A stretch of DNA of 59,831 nt, filler included, from Candidatus Tectimicrobiota bacterium (GTDB lineage Bacteria; JACPSX01): the NCBI GenBank assembly GCA_016193065.1. It is 3 parts of 3 records of this genome, joined end to end, with 100 filler letters (N's around TTAATTAATTAA, not from the genome) between each part and the next. Parts side by side here need not be neighbours in the genome. Positions count along the whole stretch, not along the records: positions 45,313 to 59,831 come from JACPSX010000008.1; 2 more parts are not named here. One strand, 5' to 3'. The notes under the pieces are model-generated. The model was not told the DNA's origin. It did not search any database and saw nothing but the letters and a program-made list of their open reading frames with translations. Shown here one piece after another: positions 58,200 to 59,831 of the stretch; the first letter of the stretch is position 1, and every line of letters starts with the position of its first letter. The position numbers and the translations under genes were made by a program.

Positions 58200-59831
58200 C
58201 GGTAGACCCTCACTTTCACGCACAGGTCCAGGTTCAGATCCACGGGGCTGGAGTGCTCAAAGTCCACCTCCAAGAGATCGTTGAAGAACACCCCCTTGCC
58301 CTGCGCCACTGGCAGGCGATGGCTCCAGTGTCCCGCACAGGCGCCGATGCCCAGCCCCTCGGGGTGGATCGCCTCCGTGAGGTGCACCTTGCCCCGCACC
58401 TTGCGTTCGCTCTCCGACTCCACCCAGACCAGCTCCCCGTCCCTGAGCCCCTTCTTCTGTCCTGTGCTCTTGTTGATGGCGATGGTGTAGGAGAAGGGGT
58501 CGATGCGGGCCGCCTCGTCCAGCCAGGGGTTCTCCATCGTAAAACTGTTCGTGTGCAGCGTGTCCCGGTAGTAGAATCCGTAGAGATCATACCGGGAATC
58601 ATGGCACTCGTGGGATGGGCAGGGCTTCCAGTCGGGCAGCGGGTCGTAGTAGGAGTCGTCCCATTCCATGCCGTGGGCCCGGGCAATGGCCCCGGCCTTC
58701 TCCCCCAGGGGTTTCAAAAACTCCCAGTAGATGGGGATGCGCACGGGAACCTCATAGCGCCAGTAGACCTCCTCGGGCTTCTTCTTCCACGAGATCAGCC
58801 CTTCCTTCTTAAACCACTCCAGGCCCCGCTCTTCCCCGAAGTTGTTCCTGAGCTCCCGGTCGCAAACTTCCTCGTAGCTGTACTTCTTTTGAAACTCCAG
58901 ACGGTAGGGCCCTTCCAGCTTGAGGTGGGCGTTGAAGGCGGCGTTGATCTCCTCCCGGATGCCGATGCGGTCGGCGAGGTCGAGGAGTGCATCGCCGGCG
59001 ATCCTCCTCTGACCATTCGCGGGCAGGACGGGCTGCTTGATGGGCCAGCACCACTCTCCCATCCCCGCGTGCAGGTTGAAGATGAAGGAGTTCGGCCGGG
59101 AGTCCAGAGACTCCAGGTAAGAGGCGTCGGGCAAAATGATGTCGGCGAACTCGGTGAACTCGTTCTGGAAAATATCAATCGACACGATGAAGGGGATCTT
59201 GAGCAGGGAGTCGATGACCGTGTCCTTGTTCCCCACGCTCATCACGGAGTTGGCCCCGTAGTTGAGCAACATCTCAGGGCGGTAGGGGAGCTGGAAGCGC
59301 TGCCACATCTCCTCCTGGTCCCGGGAGGCCATGAAGGGGGACATCATCCCCATGGGGAAGATATCCTGGAGCCCCATGGTCTCGGGCATCTTCGGCTCGG
59401 ACAGGGGGTAAGGCAGGTGGGGAACCATCCAGGTGCCGGTGATCATAAGTCCGTCCGGGCATGGCTTAGGGACATAGTTAGGTCTTCCAGTCTCCGGGTG
59501 TCCGTGGCACACTGGGTTGAACCCCAGCGCCGCCCCCACCACGTCCGCCGCCCCTACCAGGTGATTTAAAAGCCCGATGGCCAAACAGTTGTAGACCGAG
59601 TTCTTGTGCCCTTGAGACCCGCGGAAGTAAATTGCCGCCACCGGCCGGTAGGGAAATGTCTTCCCCTCGATCACGATCGTGCTCCCCACCCGGGCCTCGG
59701 TGGCAAACTCGCGAGCCATCTCCCGAATCGTCTTCTCGGGCACCGTGGTGATTTCCGTGGCCCAGCGGGGCGTGAACTGCTTCAAATGCTCCCGCACCAG
59801 AGCAAAAGCCGGCCGGCAGGAGACCCCGTTT
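58196..59831 (-). CDS. DMSO reductase-family molybdopterin oxidoreductase catalytic subunit (5' end outside the window)
   Basis: ITTVP...I..MAREF, ADIILPDASYLE, molybdopterin dinucleotide domain (GLRDGELVWVES). Confidence 0.88.
   Translation of the reverse strand, partial: NGVSCRPAFALVREHLKQFTPRWATEITTVPEKTIREMAREFATEARVGSTIVIEGKTFPYRPVAAIYFRGSQGHKNSVYNCLAIGLLNHLVGAADVVGAALGFNPVCHGHPETGRPNYVPKPCPDGLMITGTWMVPHLPYPLSEPKMPETMGLQDIFPMGMMSPFMASRDQEEMWQRFQLPYRPEMLLNYGANSVMSVGNKDTVIDSLLKIPFIVSIDIFQNEFTEFADIILPDASYLESLDSRPNSFIFNLHAGMGEWCWPIKQPVLPANGQRRIAGDALLDLADRIGIREEINAAFNAHLKLEGPYRLEFQKKYSYEEVCDRELRNNFGEERGLEWFKKEGLISWKKKPEEVYWRYEVPVRIPIYWEFLKPLGEKAGAIARAHGMEWDDSYYDPLPDWKPCPSHECHDSRYDLYGFYYRDTLHTNSFTMENPWLDEAARIDPFSYTIAINKSTGQKKGLRDGELVWVESESERKVRGKVHLTEAIHPEGLGIGACAGHWSHRLPVAQGKGVFFNDLLEVDFEHSSPVDLNLDLCVKVRVYR

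Noticed and set aside
1-59831. tRNA, rRNA, CRISPR array, reverse transcriptase, integron integrase or sel genes
   Set aside because: None recognised by eye in this window; the Sec, DGR and integron inferences therefore depend on genes located elsewhere.

Overview
GC-rich bacterial sequence, probably from a metagenome-assembled genome. It is three contigs joined by artificial N-run/TTAATTAATTAA linkers (23663-23762, 45213-45312). Contig 1: SirB1/TPR protein, tandem-domain thyX, ferritin-like protein, LLM oxidoreductase, xanthine-dehydrogenase-family molybdoenzyme operon, vapBC, SWIM-finger pair, family-B DNA polymerase, split deacetylase, HAD/MBL/UDG/pgeF/MFS/methyltransferase/FAD-oxidoreductase cluster. 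It also holds two genes the ORF track splits at an in-frame TGA, which read as UxxC selenoproteins with SECIS-like hairpins (ArsC/Spx-like and AhpC/TSA-like). Contig 2: methylmalonyl-CoA mutase, alaS, vapBC, split pntAB, norCB with a two-haem NorC, ubiB and fdhD. It also has a 37.4-44.4 kb island of secreted proteins sharing a shuffled TPR module, including an FGE-sulfatase gene with DGR-target-like features. Contig 3: a dense stretch of intact and broken toxin-antitoxin modules with degenerate attC-like sites and an IS110 remnant, then an ABC transporter with an isochorismatase-family hydrolase, a ferredoxin and a partial DMSO-reductase-family operon. All calls come from motif recognition by eye; no database searches were run.
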